From Fimbriosthenelais zetlandica (lineage: Eukaryota): a stretch of 64,000 nucleotides of DNA. A model generated the notes under the pieces. The model was not told the origin of the DNA and did not search any database. It saw only the letters and a list, made by a program, of their open reading frames with translations. The DNA lies in NCBI GenBank assembly GCA_977030845.1, contig OZ365110.1, positions 22,816,001 to 22,880,000 of the forward strand, written 5' to 3'. Made by a program: the position numbers and the translations under genes. Shown in pieces: positions 26,301 through 40,281 of this stretch; within the stretch, counting starts at the first letter, position 1, and the number at the start of each line of letters is the position of its first letter.

Positions 26301-29300
26301 ATACTCCCATCATCTGGATCAACCTGCAGCCTAAAGCATGGCCCGGAATGCTCGTACACATCTACTGGTGCCTTCACCAAGCTCAGCCATGATCCTATTG
26401 CAATATTTGTCCATCTCCCATGACCGTTTAACAAGCTGCCCCCTCCTATATCCTCAAGGTAAACTCAAGGGGGTTCAGAGGCAAGAAGACATGAACCAAC
26501 TTTAAGTTGTATCCTGATTTTCCCTCAATGCATTTATATAGTTTTGCCTTAAGGTGGAATATCCAGGCTTTCTATATGTGGGAAAGAGATATATCTCTCC
26601 CCAGCGGAACTGTGGACTCTTGAGTTTTGGCACTACTACTAAGATGTGTAATACACATAGGTGTAAGTTGGTTTACCTTCCTTTGACAAATGCAGCGCGG
26701 TGTGGTTCGGTTACACCCTACTGCAGATATCCCAAGGATGACAACTTTACTTGAGTTGGGAGAAGCATACAGGCAGACAAGGTAAAAGGTGACGAATATT
26801 CAGTCTGCTCAGATTGTATACAAGTAAAACATCTTTGAAATATCTCTGTACAGGGTGCAATTAAAGGACTACAGAGGTGAAACATACCTTACAAAAATTT
26901 AATGCTCTGAGGACATCACGAATTCCCAAATTGAAAAGAGCTAGGGGTTATAATTGTACACAAATGGGATCAAGAGCCTCGAGAGAGTTTCAGGTCATTT
27001 TCCGAATGCCACCATTCAAAGGTGTCCCGGGGAATGAATGGATCTCTCCTCAGTGGGTCCCGGGCAGCTTTAAAACCCCCCTATTCCCTTTTTACCTTAA
27101 GACCACTAGACCCCATCTAAACTGTACATACCTAACGGATTTAACCCTGTCTTAATCACATCCTATTTTGAAAACAGCCGAAAGGGATCAAAAGTCCTAA
27201 ATGAACCCTTGTAGGAAGTTTGGATTCAGAAGACAGGGGGCAATTACCCATCATTAAGAGAGGACCTAGCCAAGTTGATTTAAGTAGGCATAACAATAAC
27301 TACGGTGCATTCAAGCTCAGTTTGGTCTGCCATTGTGATTCATGAAGTTTAACCAATTTAAGCCATTTCTGCCTAATCGTTCATAAGGGGAGCGCGACAA
27401 TTTATGAATATGACAAGTCTCATCAAAGGTGGCAGCAGTATAGCCGAGCTATAAAGTATTGAGACCGAAACAAATATTTACCAAAATTTACCATTGACAA
27501 ACTACTTAATGACAGAAGACATTAACAGTAATTGTCTCCAATGCATTCTTCTTATACAGGAACTAGTAAATAAACCAATTATCATCATTCAATGGATAGT
27601 AGTGTCATGGCAATTGATTAATGTATACACGAGAACATGTGCCACTAACTGTAACAATGTCAACTGCCATATGACCTTAGCTTAGACCTGAGCTGCTGCT
27701 TAGTCAAATGAGGAAGAAGAAAGAGACCAATCTGTCTCAAAAAGGAAACTGTCACGTTCCACTGGTTTCAGATTAACTAACCACAAAGAAAGATTAGATA
27801 TCTTTAGATGTGCTAAGCCCAGGAGCGACCGGACAGGTGATAATTTCAATGGATTGGTCAGAATGGGGAACAGTTCCTCTTCTTGCAGGTGTTTAGAAGC
27901 CATTTTAATGCTAATGCTTACCTCCCTAGGGACCCTGGACCTGAGATTTATTCATCTTAAATTTACGGGAAATTTTAAAGACCACTATCAAACGGCTGAC
28001 AAAGAAATAGGCTCGTAAAACTAACGAGACATAACTAATGCCTTAGCCTTGATCATACCGGCGGCTGCAAGAGTACACCCAATGAACCTCAGTGAGAAAG
28101 GATAAAGCAAGGACTTTTACCAAAAAATCCCAATGTAAAACCTTTTTCTCTTTTTAGACTTGAGTTAGGGTTGTTTTAAAGCCATCTATCTTGGCACTGC
28201 AGCCTTCCCTCTGACACAGGACAAGCTGGGTTAGAAAGGGTGTCCCCCTCCACCCCTGGGAGTTAAAATTAATTGAATGGCTTGGCCTGGCTCTATCGCC
28301 TGAAAGGGAAGGACATGTTGGATGTTTGAACGAACCAATATCAGTAATACTTTCGCAAGTCTCCTCTGCAGGAGTGGGGGATTTTTTCTTCATAAAAGGG
28401 ACCGTAGGCTTTTGAAGGGTTTTGGTGGCGGGACCCATGTTTAATATTGGGCTTTATTGGTGAGTGGAGGGATGCCATGCTAGATGGCAAGGAGTGAAGA
28501 TGGCATATATGTACACAACATACCACTGTGGCATCACTTCTCAAGCTAGTTCATACTCATATTTCCATACAAATCATACATTTTCACTACACTTTAGAAA
28601 CAACTTTGGACGAATTTTAAAATATTTTCTTTCTCGTTAATCAATGCAGATGCCCATTAATATATTTCGAAGAATACTCATTATGTATTCCCAATTGATT
28701 CAGATCCAATGTTTACTTAATTTTTCTTTGAACTGAGGCAGCATTTGCAAATAAATCCCTGAGTTGGATGGTATTTACATGGAGATATATGGCTGTTTAT
28801 GTCTATAATGCATCATGAGTGTACGACCATAGATCACAGTCACATGACAGTAGCATGTCACGTGACCCGTGACATGTTACTCGGACAGAGGTGAAGAGTT
28901 AAACTGTTCTGACACCTTCAGTGAAAACACAAAGCCAAAACTCACTCAATGTTATTCCATAATTACAAGGTAACCCTACTGGAGATCCAGGAAAATATAA
29001 ACCACTTTCCTAGAATAACTACAATAGCTTCCCACTAATACATGTGAATGCTACCCTTAACTTTCCTTGAAATCAGGAATTGTGAACATCAAGGGGATCC
29101 ATATTTGGGCAAAATATTCAAAAATGACAGAGAAATGTATTACACTAATAATAGGTTCCGCAATGAAGTGTATATTTGAAATTCCTCAGCTGTAGTGAGA
29201 AAATACTTATTATTCATTTAACTGTAATTTCTGAGTGGATTATATACATTAAATTGCCCATACACTATATACTCAAAATCTCTTAAGAATTTTGTGGTAT

Positions 29301-32300
29301 TTGATACATAATACAGGCTAAATGGCTCAGTATTTGGGGGCGTTGGTTTCTTCCCACATCCTGGCAAGGTAAAATACATACAATAAATTATGAGTGTGTG
29401 CTATAGTCATAAGACTATTGTCAGCAAAATGGAGTCATGTTCTCAAAAGCAGGATCGAAGAATCTAAAAACCTTTAACGTATCTGCGAAAATTCCTTTCC
29501 AAAAGGCAATATACATAACATTATCACAGGGACTATAAAGAAGGATTTGCCAAATAAAAGGATTGGTTATATATAGGATATCCTACAACTCGAAGAATTA
29601 CTTAGGAATGAAGATTCAAATCTACAGTTAAATATTTAGTCGAAGTTTAATTTTTTTACTCTTGTTTTTCGAAGAGATATAACATGATTTAAATATTTTT
29701 GAAACAAGACATTTAGCCTAATCACTATCTGTCATCAACAGACAAAGATCAATCACTCAGTGGACCACCGGTTTCGAAGTAAAACCCTTAACGTTACACC
29801 ATTCACATTGAAGGGGGCAATCAATGGAGCAAAACAGGGTCAAGAAACCCCTTATATTCCAGCCATCCAATATAACCGTTAACATTTTTGTTTCCTGCAC
29901 ATCACAGTAGAATTCACCGAAGCGGTTAATTTTCTACCCCTTTCTGAGAACATTTTAAAAAGGAAATAAATCAAAAGTCTGACTTGGGATGGGGTATGTT
30001 TTGGAGGGAGGAACTGGGGTGTGAATAAGTTAATCATTCGGGAATGGGTGGGGTTTAGTGTTAATAGTGATAAATGTTGGGTATTTAGTGCTGCACGTGT
30101 TCCTATGTGGTAATGTATGTAGGCGGATTGATACACAGATAACCTGTGCTCAGATTCCCAAAACTGTACGCTACTTAGTAAATTTGATCAAACAAAAGGC
30201 CATAACTGTAAACAAATTGTATATAATGCATGGAGAGTACCAAATGCAAATTCAACAAATGCATTAAAATATGCCAACAATTGGTTGTTCCATGTTAAAT
30301 ATTTGAATACGGCTATTGGGTGATTATAGTTGCGCCCCCGCCGGCTATGGATCAAAAGTGAGGGAATTCTTTTTTCAAATTTCAGCTCGTTAATAATTAG
30401 CCGATCGAGATAATATCATTCTAGTTCTTCTTTGAGACACATCTATCAACTTCCAAATCAATCCAAATGAAAAGACAGTATTTTTCTTGTGTTTAAAAGG
30501 ATATCAGATTCAAAAGATTTGAATTCAGACTTCTTTTTTAAAATAAAAAATAGGACGGTTGACTACGATTTAGGCATGTAAACCAAATGATCATCAAAAT
30601 AATATGCAGGGAGGATATGTTGATGAACTTCATGTATACATACTGCGGATATCAAAAAATTATTTATATATACAACTACATATCTCATATTTCTAGCGAG
30701 TGGTAGTGTCAGGAAATATTTTATTTCTTTTGAAGGAACAGTCTCATATGGAAATGGAAAGATATTCAGTTGGGAAATGCATTAAAGATTATGTATTGAT
30801 GTCAAATACCCCTTAGCCTGAGTCCACCCTCCACTACCAGTCACGCCTAGCTACCTTTTCCTTCAAATATCTTTTGCATTCGCATGAGCACCATTTATAC
30901 ACGCCTCATGCCCCTCGCCAACTATTAATAGATTTTGAAATCTGAAACTTGCCCAATGGTCGCAAACAATTTGATATTCAAGTTTTTTGTGTGGGAGCTT
31001 TTCAAACGGGAATAGGGAAGGGAGGAGAGGGGGTTATTGGGTCAAAGGTGGGTGGAGGGGTGTGTGGGTGTGAAGGAGGAGAGGTAAGGTAGGTGGGTTA
31101 GGTGATAGGATCCAGGGGTTCCGCAGGTCAAGAAGCCCGTCTGACTTTAGGAAACCGAAGGTTCATTTAGAATCATGAAATTGGCTTTACCGTTTGCGAA
31201 GGAACTGTAATGGGAAATACGAATTTTTAGAATTCCCAATAAAAGCTATATGTGGAGTAATGGATCAGAGAGGTGGTTATCTCCCCAGAAATGACCAAAT
31301 TGGTAAATTAGTAACGAGCAATATAGCCCTAACTTCTGCAGTTGGTAACTTCATCCTGCGAGAAAACTATACACAACACATTGCATGATACAATGCTTTG
31401 GACGTGCCCCTGACAAATCCTCAGTCTGAATCGCCATATCAGTATTCCACCTGTCAGTACACGGTAGAATACTGATGACGGGGGAGTCAACATGACCATA
31501 ATCACCCAGCTGATTCTGGTATACAACATGTCTGGTCCTCACAGCCCCATCTAGAATACTAAAACACTCATCTCAAAAACGCGCACATTCCTTCAGGACT
31601 ATATCTCAGGGCCATGCAATATGTGCTTGACATAATGTTTTTCGCTGATAAGTTCTTAAATCCTTGTATAGATTCGACAGATGGGGTATTTTCCCTCCCA
31701 TAACCTAAGCTCACAGGAAGTATAGGATTTACATGTATATTTGTACGTTAAATTATGTCAGTGAGAGGTGCATCAAAGAGGGAAATTTCACTTCTCATTT
31801 CTCTCACACTTTACTTTAAATTCAAATAATGTTCCAAGTCATCACCACGTACATTGATGCAGCCTATTGATTAAATTAAATTAATTATATTAAATTAAAA
31901 AAAAATAGTTGATACATATACATGTATGTAAAAGTTCAAGACAAATAGCTAAGAGGAAATTATTAATCCCCACACTTCCTTAGTCCCGATCATGTTATAT
32001 AAGGTTTATTTAAAGGCAAAACAAATCACAATACAGCCAGAAATATCAAGATGAACCCCATTCCATATGAAGTATGAAAACTGTAGTGTTTGGTTATGAC
32101 GCAATAGATATTCTTTACAACAATGAGGGTTTTCTTTCGGGGTGTGTAGATCAACCCAAGGCTATGTCTGTCAACAAAGGAGGATCAAAAAGCAGTTGTG
32201 AAGAGGTAAACATGCCCTTAATGCATTATCCACCCCATCATTGTCATAGAGGAAGAGATATGACAAGAGAATGGGACAGCTGAACTATTGTGGTCCCCAG

Positions 32301-32718
32301 CAAGGGTGGTGAAGGTGGGTAAAGGCCTCCAAGGCTAATGACCATGTGAATCACCCTATACATGAAAATTGAGAGAGATGAGTGGGGCCCGGGGTAGGAA
32401 GATGAAAAACAGATTACGGTTAAGCACCCTTCTCCACTGTAATAATTGGATTGTAGTTAGAAATCACGGTGATCTACAGTAATTTTGATTGAACAGTAGG
32501 TACTTGCGCATTTTCTCTGTTTATACAATAGTCATGCATGTATAGCCTACATCAAATGGCGATAAATAATATAATATTGGGAATGTTTCCTTCAATGAAA
32601 ATGAACAAATGGAGTTATGTTGGTTTTGTCAATGATTGTCATATTATTCATATTGAAGATGCACTCGATCTTAAATGCTTTCATGGTCAAATTCAATTTA
32701 TTCCCGCTCATGCAATTT

Positions 32719-32756
32719 GGCCTCATTGATATTGAGGCCTCATTGTTATTGAGGCC
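32719..32756 (+). repeat. 17-bp tandem repeat (2.2 copies) with palindromic tgaggcctca junction
   Basis: ggcctcattgatattga ggcctcattgttattga ggcc. Confidence 0.9.
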
Positions 32757-35700
32757 TTCTTCAGGGAGTGACTATTTTAACAAAATTGAATTTACCATTA
32801 AAGGCTTGGAAATAAATGTCACAATACCGGTCCATTGGAATATTTCTACAGAAATTGAATATTTCATTAAACGTATTTCTGTATTCAACTATAAAAGTCA
32901 GTTAAAGCTTGGACATAACTGTCAGAAAAGAATCCTTTTCGAATAAAACATATAACAGATCTCTAGCAATTTGCAAGAAGATTACACTTTATCAAATTTC
33001 CTTCCAACTCCCACTTGTAGCCTCCCGCAAAGAGCAAGCCTGGTATTTTTTACGCTGATCACACGTGGAGAGAACATTTGTTAAATGTATACGCTGTTCA
33101 TTGCAAAGAATGCGGGGGAGTTTCATTTTCCATACATTTTTATATACCTTTAAAACTGGTTCAGTGGAAACTGGTTTTAGAAGTAGAGTTTTTTGCCTGT
33201 CTGGGTCAATTCCTAAAAGAAAAGCATCTAGATTGAGATTAAATTCAAGCAGGAAATAATCCCGGTCCATTTCTAAAATATTTTTATATATAACAAGGAC
33301 ATAATGAAGAACATAAAATTATATCTTGACAGAAAATTGACAACAATGTGTTTGAGAATAGAATAAGACAGTAAGGGGGATAAAGACGAACCTGTAGCTT
33401 GGCGTTTACAACGTTGTCTTGGTTTTAAAAATGAATAATTGGCAGACTGACAAAAGTGAAATATGTCACCAAAACCAATTTCACTTGTTTTCTTTCTTTT
33501 ATGCATAACTCATAAATCTTATACGTTTGGCATATTTTAACACAAAGAACCTCTGAGAGTGTGACCCAGGCACATTGTATTCAAGGGGGGTATTCTATGT
33601 AAACAACACATTCAATAAAAAATATCATCAAGCTGGGTTAAATTAATGCTTTTGTATAATGTGACAGGATACAAAAATCTAAGGGCGTGGTTCCTAAATG
33701 GGCAATTTATTAGAGAAGGAAGGGATTATTTTCTTCAAATGGGACCTATATTCAATTAGTTGCAGCAGTCCTGGGCTTGAATTTCTGTGAAATGTTATAA
33801 CGTACGAATAAGGATAATCTGTCGCAAGACATTTATACAATGTTTATAAAGCAGTGTATTAAATCTTGTTTGTAAAGCAGTTAAATTAGTCCAAAAAACA
33901 TCTACTAAAACAAAGCAATGATTGCACCCCACTTGCTCTAGCTGAGGGCTATACCAAGCCTTCGGCAGCATGAATAAATCAAAATGCAGGTATGCCTATG
34001 TCAATATTCCATTATCAAACATGTCCATAACCCACTGGATGTTTGGAATTTTAAAATACCCGGCCTTTTGTACAGGCCTCAATAATAACATAGGATCTTG
34101 GGTAATCGGCCGTATGGGGAAGGGTTAGAAAGCTTTCTACCAAGCCCAGGTTACTGATTCTAATTAGTTGAACAAGTCGTGGGGCTCCCTAAGGTGACGA
34201 ACGCCCAGGTGAGCGAATGACAAAAGGTGTATTATTATAGGAAGCCCTGGCATGTTGCTTGACTGACAGGTGAGAGTTGAGAAGGCAAAAACTTGGTACA
34301 CGAAGAGTATCTTCAAACTTTGTGTCAAACTCTCACTAAACCAAGTGCAAAACAGATTTATTTATATCTCCCTTCCAAGAGCCCTGTGATCTCTTCATTC
34401 CAATTTTTTGTACTTGTTTTCGTTCCAGTAATGCGTAAAAAATGAGTCATGTCTTTGGTGCTTTATATAATGCATCCTGCTGTCTTTAATTACAAACCAT
34501 CCCAATACTGGGTTATTAATCAACCTTCACTTTGGTATTCAAATATGGCGATATCTCTCTTCAGTCCTCAGAAGTGTCACTGTCCATACTGACAAAAATA
34601 TGATACAAAGAAACAGCTCCGAGTTTGATTTAATCTCGTGTGCAGCCACTAAATAAATACCAGTAAATACAGGGGTAAATGACAGGTTTTCCCTCAACCA
34701 ACTTCAACTTTATCATTATATTTTTAACCACAATATAAACTCGTAAATTAATCATTTCAAATGTTTTAAGATTTGCCAATGATTTGATGGAAGACTTTGA
34801 AGTTAAGGAATTTCAAACAATTGATAAGATCTCATCATGATTGTTTGAGGTCTTTTTCCCCATGCAATTATTATAATTATTGAATTATCCTGATTAGTTT
34901 GATAACAATCTGATTCTCTGTGGTGACAAAAGAAAAACGGAGTTCCAGAACAAAGATTTTGTTTATTATCCCAGTTGGATATATTAGAAAACAATAACTT
35001 TTAACTTTTTTGTAGAGAATATGTCCCAGACGCAGACACCTTATTGGTTTGAAGTCCTTAGTTTTAAAACACAACCGAAAGAGAAGATTAGGTGATATCT
35101 GAAATAGATATGCCTGAACATAGTCTTTGAAGGGTCACCATCCAATATGGCACATCTAAATCTGGTCATTTTCAATTAAAGTGGACATTTATTACCACCT
35201 TATACATTGTATAAATATTCACTACGTAATGGATGTATTACATATGCCAATGGATAATAGAGTAGCTATAAATATAATGTATAAAATATCCATGAACTTT
35301 GAATGACCAAGGCTGGAATGTTTGAGCACATCATATGGACGGCCTAACAGTAGAACTGACAAGCATGGTGACCGGAGGGTAAAGTTCGGATCTAAATCAG
35401 GAATATAAAGAGATGGGAAGGTGTCAGGGGGAATCCTCAGGCAATAAAAACGGAAGAAACCATAGCATTAGCTTTAGTATAATGAATAGGTGTTTGCATG
35501 TCTGCTTTAGGATTTGCTATCTCATTCAGTGAGGTAGAAGGGCTCTAGTTAAGGACCCTTAACAAGAACGTCAGGGCCCGAGTGACCAAACAGGATAAGG
35601 TCACCATTTATAGGGCTTCTTTCCAGACTAAATACATTCCATTAAATCTTTTCTCCATTCTCAAGAGCTAGTTGACCCAACGAGACTAGAATCATTCAAT

Positions 35701-38698
35701 ACTCCTTGGTTGACCCCAGAAAATTCCACACAGAACATTTGACTTTTGGCATGACCAAAGGGCCTGAAATTAATAGATGCTGTTTGAATTGTATTCCAAT
35801 TTAGTTCATATACCCGGTAAGCTTAATCCTATGTACTAGTATTTTATTGTGGATATGATTGGCTCAAAGTCTGTTATCGAAATATGTTAATTCGGAAAAT
35901 ATAAATGGAAATAATTTAAAAGTAACGGTAATGCAGTGTATAAAGAACAGAATTTAAAGAATGTCCTGATTGCAGTGGGGAGAATTAGATATAATATTTG
36001 TTAATATCCTACTTATGAATTATGAATCTGTCCAAATCTTAATGGATACTCATACCAGTTATGATAATTACCTGGATTCATAAAGCAAGATAATTATTTT
36101 ATGATGAAGTCAATTACAAGTCTAACGCCTGGGAACAAGAAGATGTAATCATGGCAAGCTACAATATGAAGATCCTAACATTACCATAATGAAGATACCG
36201 TTGACTTTTAAAACAGTTTTATGTGCTCTTTACTTATGAATATACACCAAAACAAATCGAATTCTGCGTAGCAACATGGTATAAGTGTTAGAAATGGGCC
36301 AAATGTATGGCGACAGGGAAGTCCTATATTTTAAAACCATAAATAATGAACATCAGCATAGACTATGTCTGATTTTAGACGTCTAGATTATGAAAAAAGA
36401 GGCAAAGACTAAAGATAAACATCAGCCCCCGTATACCATGCAGCCCCACATAGACATATTTATGTGATTTTAGTTGACTTTCTTTTTTTGGCGTTTCACA
36501 AGCAAGCAATTTGGCCCTAAATCTTCTAACGTTATTTTGCAAAACTCCGATCCTCAACATAATAAAATTTGTGACCCTGTATTCAATATAAAAATAAAAT
36601 TTAAATAAAGGCATGTCACGAAAATGAAATGAGAATGATGTCAAGAAAATGTAATAGGAAAGATTTCATGAGGTAAAAAGAATCTATTTGATCTCAATTT
36701 GATCCTGAAACCCCACTTTGTTGACAGCCTCAGCATATTTTTTTTAAACTTGGAACTGAAATTAAGCAATTTCAATCCATGTCAAATGATTGTAGGTGCT
36801 GACAAGGCCACGTGGACTGAGAGCCTAATCCGCAGTGAATATCAAGGACACTTTCATTGGTCTTAAAATACCCAAATTTGCCCTCAGGGTGAAGGGTGGT
36901 TGAAGAGGGGTTGAAGACAGTCATTCACACTCTAGGGCTCTATGGATAAAAACCTGGTGAAGTACTCGTAGTACAGAGAGATTTGCTGGGGTTTTGGACA
37001 TTTGTAATCACATCCTCTTTAACCTAATCCCCGAGCTATCACAGACATCCACTGTGTATGGGGTTGTATGCTGTTTTGCACATAGTCCCACTTGACCCTA
37101 CATTCCAACTAGAGCCCAGATAGCATTGACAGCATATGGAAATGTACATGTACAGAGACGACGTTAGGTTATATTAGTCTATTCTCAGCATAAATGAGAA
37201 TATACTGTCAAATTGCATATTATATAAAAAAAAATGACCTGAGGCAAGAAACAGGGCAGTAAGTATGGATCCTCGGGGAAAATTGGGGTGGGGCAGAAAC
37301 CTGTACCAGTATGGAAAACTTTCCCAGAAGAAAATTACTGAAAAAATTTGTTTTTATGCATGTTTTTTTGGCCATTCGACCTGCCAGAAGGAAATAACTT
37401 CCTTTCCGAGTTACATCAGACTGGGATGAATTGAACTCAATGAACTCGAATCGATGTCCTATATTGATTGTGGATAATTAGTGGTAAAATACCAATGACT
37501 CCTCTCAGCAGAAATCAGTCTCACAGATGGAGAAGATGCGTGTAAATCACGGAGAACATGTCTCTTTATACTCGGTTATCTCCTCATCAGACCACCATGG
37601 TCTAATGACACCCAAAATACACATCTTATATAAAATAACATTCTTTTTCTCATCAAAATATTCTTGTTTTTCCTAGGGATTTCTCAACACTAGCCGGCAA
37701 TATATCGTCTGTCAAAATGGCGTAAACATTGAAAAAGAGATTACTGATTGTAGTTCCTTTAATTTCACTTAGTTATGATTGAAAGTTATCCTACGTGTAA
37801 ATTCTTCCTATATTATGCTCGTCTAGTACTGGTAAACAGAATACCATAATAAGTATCATACGATACATACATTAGATATGTATGAATATAAGATTGATCA
37901 CTACGCAATTAGTGTGCAAGTAAAATGTGCTCTGCACGAGGCTGACATACCATGCATTCCATCGAAAAATTACTTACTAAAATTACACGGTTATATTTAA
38001 TTAATGTGATTATAATTTCCCAAAAAGAACAACGGGAATTTAGGCACCTGGAGCCTTGAGAGAGAACGTGACCATTCTATTATGTACAATGGAAATATTT
38101 TCAATTTTAAGGAATGTAAACATAATTTATTCCGGCTGGACATTGGCTGTCACCCGGGGGCCTGATATGTATAGGATTTATCTATGTACAAAGCCAAGTA
38201 ATCAGCTTCAAAACCTGTTACCAATCCACTTCTTAATTCAATACTGAAAACAGCTGATCCACAAATTGAAATCCATCACACAGGTGATGTCAATATTGTC
38301 AAACAATCAGGCCAGAGTCTGTCATTTAGAAATACATGTTAACTCCTTTTCGTGGAAGGTCTCTAGCCCATCTTCACAATGTGATAAGGTGATAAGGGGA
38401 TGAAGGGGGATGAGAGGATCTCAGGTGAGGATTCCAGGTTGGCACCTGTTTATATAAAGTAGGGAGAAGAGAGTACTGTCACCATAGTAACGGGACAGGT
38501 CGTCAGATAGGTGACTCACATAACATCTAGGATGATAATGGAGGTCTGTCTAGGCTGGTTTGTGGGTATCAATTAGTAGGGGCACACTTTAAATCATATC
38601 ATAGGGCAGGTATGTGTGTACCCAGGAATGAAATCCAACTCTGGAGTAAGCCCACCTAATCCTGGTAGTACTCTATTGTATGACATAAAGAGAAGAAA

Positions 38699-38760
38699 TG
38701 GCTCCATTGGTAAGGAAGTTGGCTTTGTGCCTCAAAGGTTCTGGTTCCAACCCAGTTCTA
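38699..38760 (+). mobile_element. Degenerate tRNA-derived SINE-like head (Pol III A and B boxes)
   Basis: tggctccattgg resembles the A box and ggttccaaccc resembles the B box GGTTCGAnnCC, at tRNA-like spacing. No intact cloverleaf, so not called a tRNA gene. Confidence 0.5.
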
Positions 38761-39016
38761 TACATGACATTATATATCTTTTCTTTGGAAAAAGAATCCA
38801 TGCAATTCAAATTATTGCTGCCTATATATATTGCAAGTCATATTGCAGAATATTATTTAGGAATGGCATGCATGCTAAACCTGCTCCTGCCAGAAAAGAC
38901 TCAGATAGGCTGTGTAGCAATAAACGAAGCTATGGGCCAATAATAAAGGGCATTATAAAACCATGGTGAATATTGTAGTTCCATATGACATTGCTGGCCA
39001 TTAATGAGCATATAAA

Positions 39017-39366
39017 ATGCGCATAATATATCTCTATGACATCTGTTTTGAATTAAATGCAAGGTATGGAATACACCACAATAAAATCCTCCTTGTTTAT
39101 GTATTTTTGCACTATGAATGTCATATTAGCAAATATCTGAATGAAAAAAGATTAATAGAGGAGTGGGAAACCAACAATGGTCCAAGCTCTTCACATTTAA
39201 CCTTAGATCTATACACCCGCATCTTTGCTTTACAAGTCTTTCCACTTTTGACAAGGAGGATTACGCCACCTCCTCCAGGATGCATGAAGGGCAGCCATTT
39301 GCAAATTACTTTCAAAAGATTTTAAAAACTACCATTTTCCTTCCACACAAAGAAGGCGGTTCATAA
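39017..39366 (+). mobile_element. Degenerate non-LTR retrotransposon fragment (post-RT region)
   Basis: Overlapping + ORFs read SKLFTFNLRSIHPHLCF and end IFLPHKEGGS*, resembling the LYLPxKEGGxG motif downstream of the RT domain in R2/R4/RTE/Tx1-type elements. No YADD motif is visible. Confidence 0.35.
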
Positions 39367-40265
39367 CTGTTTGCTAATGTTTTCTTAGAGAAATGAACTT
39401 CCCATGAAACTTGTGTACTTCTTTTATTGTCGATGCGTGTCAAGGGGAAATTTTCTTTTATGAGTTGGTTGACATAGATGAGGGAAAACAGAAAAAATTG
39501 ACATGTACGGCATCTAGAGTGGCACTAAGGGAAAAAGGAACTTCAGACCAATGTGTCGAAGCTCTAGGAAAGATCATTTGGATAACCAAATGTTAGTCCA
39601 ATTTCAAATCTATAGGTATTAGATGCAAATTGTGAGGTATAACCCATTTTTTAAATGTACATCAAGATCCTCTGCAGGAAAAATCAATATTTCATAATCC
39701 AAATGACTTTCACTTTTGGCACAGTGGAGAAATGTGTACTGTTGAATGTCTGAACTAGCACAATCACTGTACAGTAGTAACATGCTTTCACTCTACATTT
39801 GAAGGACATGGGGTGATGAATAGATTTGTTGTCAACAATGCTAGATTCGATTCCAATGGGTAATTACCCTGTATGATATGTCACAGCCATGTTCGTGTCT
39901 TCATCCATCATCCACAACCTATACAGTGAGTTACCACAAGACCATATCTATTGATGCTCCCGATAGCCACCAACCCATCTTTCCCAGGACTGCTTGATGT
40001 TCTGAGGCAATTAGTGGATTTCTACCAAGTTTCTCTAGCATATCTGTCTTCTTCTGCGTTGTATTGTTTACAAGGGCTTTATTACTAACATGAAAGGGAA
40101 GCCTGTGACTGGGGAACGCCTATGGGTATATGGACAACATGGTGGCAGCAATGCACGCCCCCTTTGGGAATATTCCTGTGTAGGGCTCTCCCCGGGAAGG
40201 CCTAACTTGGGTTATGTTAAGTCACTAATTGACCAATTATCATGGTTACAACTTGGCTACCATTG

Positions 40266-40281
40266 TCGCCACCTATTGGCG
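40266..40281 (-). promoter_or_regulatory. Candidate CTCF site
   Basis: Minus strand CCAATAGGTGGCG versus CCASYAGRKGGCR, one mismatch. Confidence 0.3.

Noticed and set aside
3810-29790. Hammerhead-ribozyme-like fragments (3810-3845, 10470-10495, 16305-16340, 23400-23430, 29765-29790)
   Set aside because: Each has only part of the CUGAnGA / stem II / GAAA / UH core, or lacks the required pairings. At best they are dead Penelope-type remnants and none can be called a ribozyme.
31351-31542. Possible extra KNDC1 exon in the long intron
   Set aside because: The nearest good acceptor gives phase 1, incompatible with the phase-0 donor at 43407; the donor is weak and there is no KIND similarity.
38699-38760. 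Functional tRNA gene
   Set aside because: A and B boxes are present but the acceptor and anticodon stems do not pair; recorded as a SINE-like head instead.
39121-39315. Minus-strand HPGGGGVILLVKSG resembling a LINE APE endonuclease motif
   Set aside because: No other APE motifs flank it, and the + strand reading (IFLPHKEGG) explains the same DNA somewhat better; the two cannot both be right.
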